Assembly (NCBI GenBank): GCA_035552175.1
Contig: DASZLW010000098.1
Coordinates: 1 to 33,687, forward strand
Direction: 5' to 3'
Source: Gaiellaceae bacterium
Lineage (GTDB): Bacteria > Actinomycetota > Thermoleophilia > Gaiellales > Gaiellaceae
DNA length: 33,687 nucleotides
Positions 33,170 through 33,687 of the stretch are shown here, piece by piece. The notes beneath the pieces are model-generated. The model worked only from the letters and a program-made list of their open reading frames with translations. It had not been told where the DNA came from and ran no database searches. The position numbers and the translations under genes are program-made. Numbering within the stretch: the stretch's first letter is position 1; each line of letters begins with the position of its first letter.

Positions 33170-33275
33170 GCGCAACCTTGTCTTCATTGAGCAGGGACAT
33201 CTGCGCAGGTTTCGTGCCCGCGAGGTGCATACACGGGTGTAACCGAAGCGGCAGAAATACGCGATTTGCAGGTCT

Positions 33276-33296
33276 GTTCGATTCCCGTTGGGCGTA
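33276..33296 (+). repeat. attR-like partial copy of the tRNA-Glu 3' end
   Basis: GTTCGATTCCCGTTGGGCGTA versus the tRNA sequence GTTCGAATCCCGTTGGGGGTA, 19 of 21 identical and in direct orientation. It lies 107 nt downstream of the Fic stop. Confidence 0.6.
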
Positions 33297-33553
33297 GCAA
33301 GAGGCTTGGCGTGGAGCCGACTTGGCTCAACTACGCGGTGTCACAGTTGCCAGAAATATGCCGGGTTTGGGCACGACGTGCAGATTCCGGTGCAACCCTC
33401 GACCAACGATTCCCGAGATCAGGCCCGCGAGGATGCAGCGGGAACCTTGTCGAGGCCATCCATACTCGATCGACCTGGGGAGGGGCAACGGCCTTCGAAG
33501 CGGTCTGACTTACGAGTGACGACGAATCGCCCGGACGGGGAGCAGAGAGGGTC

Positions 33554-33687
33554 TCAGATCCCGTAGAGCGGCGGCTCGAGCGCGATCTCCGCGTCGATGA
33601 CGCGCCGGCGGAAGCCGATCGCGATCGCGTGAGCTCTGTTACGGGCACCGAACTTCGGGAGGATCGACCGCACGTGGCTCTTGACGG
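33554..33687 (-). CDS. LuxR/FixJ-type HTH protein, C-terminal end only (gene continues past the right edge)
   Basis: Hand translation of the minus strand gives ...VKSHVRSILPKFGARNRAHAIAIGFRRRVIDAEIALEPPLYGI*, with the stop at 33554-33556. This matches the third and fourth helices of the LuxR-type DNA-binding domain. Track ORF 33331..33648 is in a different frame and is not credible. Confidence 0.7.
   Translation of the reverse strand, partial: VKSHVRSILPKFGARNRAHAIAIGFRRRVIDAEIALEPPLYGI

Larger units (their letters stand above)
31329..33296. mobile_element. Degenerate ~2 kb integrated islet at the 3' end of tRNA-Glu (att repeat, recombinase remnant, Fic cargo)
   Basis: The tRNA 3' segment GTTCGAATCCCGTTGGGGGTA (31308-31328) recurs as GTTCGATTCCCGTTGGGCGTA (33276-33296), matching 19 of 21 positions in the same orientation. 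The interval is visibly lower in G+C (sampled lines about 53-60% versus about 70-75% elsewhere). It contains a tyrosine-recombinase C-terminal remnant and a Fic gene. Confidence 0.6.

Noticed and set aside
31406-33235. 12-mer GGTGCATACACG present 78 bp inside attL (31406-31417) and 41 bp inside attR (33224-33235), possibly integrase arm sites
   Set aside because: In about 33.7 kb, tens of exact 12-mer coincidences are expected by chance (about 5.7e8 position pairs times 4^-12). The flanks do not extend the match. The placement is suggestive but not supportable alone.
33331-33648. 105-aa minus-strand ORF near the right edge, and three small plus-strand ORFs at 33266-33566
   Set aside because: The LuxR-type HTH reading frame (stop at 33554) is a different frame with a clear motif. 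The small plus ORFs lie in lower-G+C non-coding DNA around attR and have no coding signature.

Overview
High-G+C (roughly 70% by eye), gene-dense, Actinobacteria-like chromosomal segment; the taxon cannot be named from the sequence alone. Most long ORFs in the six-frame track are antisense or out-of-frame artefacts of the G+C bias. I kept only frames with recognisable protein motifs. Layout: (1) 1-19477 is a glycan-utilisation super-locus. It has a long minus-strand operon: tandem metallo-beta-lactamase protein, GH31/36-like hydrolase, LacI regulator, then after an internal promoter gap an ABC solute-binding protein, two permeases, ROK kinase, GmhA-like SIS protein, GH38 alpha-mannosidase and GH2 beta-mannosidase. 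A divergent plus-strand unit carries an MsiK-type ATPase, a PfkB kinase and a GH13 alpha-glucosidase. A convergent galK-galT pair follows. Most junctions are 4-nt start/stop overlaps, and a shared LacI-type palindrome sits in both promoter gaps. (2) 19598-23988 holds two SAM methyltransferases (one ArsM-like but missing one catalytic Cys) divergent from a large LuxR/LAL ATPase regulator. (3) 23999-29652 is the least explained part. It contains a decayed VOC gene, an Ntn class II amidotransferase-like enzyme translationally coupled to an output-less tandem cNMP-binding protein with degenerate phosphate-binding cassettes, and a DUF1059 mini-protein. It also contains a divergent cysteine-synthase-fold PLP enzyme and an MFS transporter fused to a canonical cNMP-binding domain. 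No cyclase is in the window. (4) 29756-33296 holds tRNA-Lys(UUU), an MshD-like double GNAT plus a coupled 67-aa ORF, and tRNA-Glu(UUC). Immediately 3' of tRNA-Glu is a ~2 kb lower-G+C islet bounded by a 19/21 repeat of the tRNA 3' end. The islet carries gene debris, including a frameshifted tyrosine-recombinase tail, and an intact class II Fic AMPylase. (5) The right edge is the 3' end of a LuxR-type HTH gene. No rRNA, CRISPR array or intact transposase was seen.
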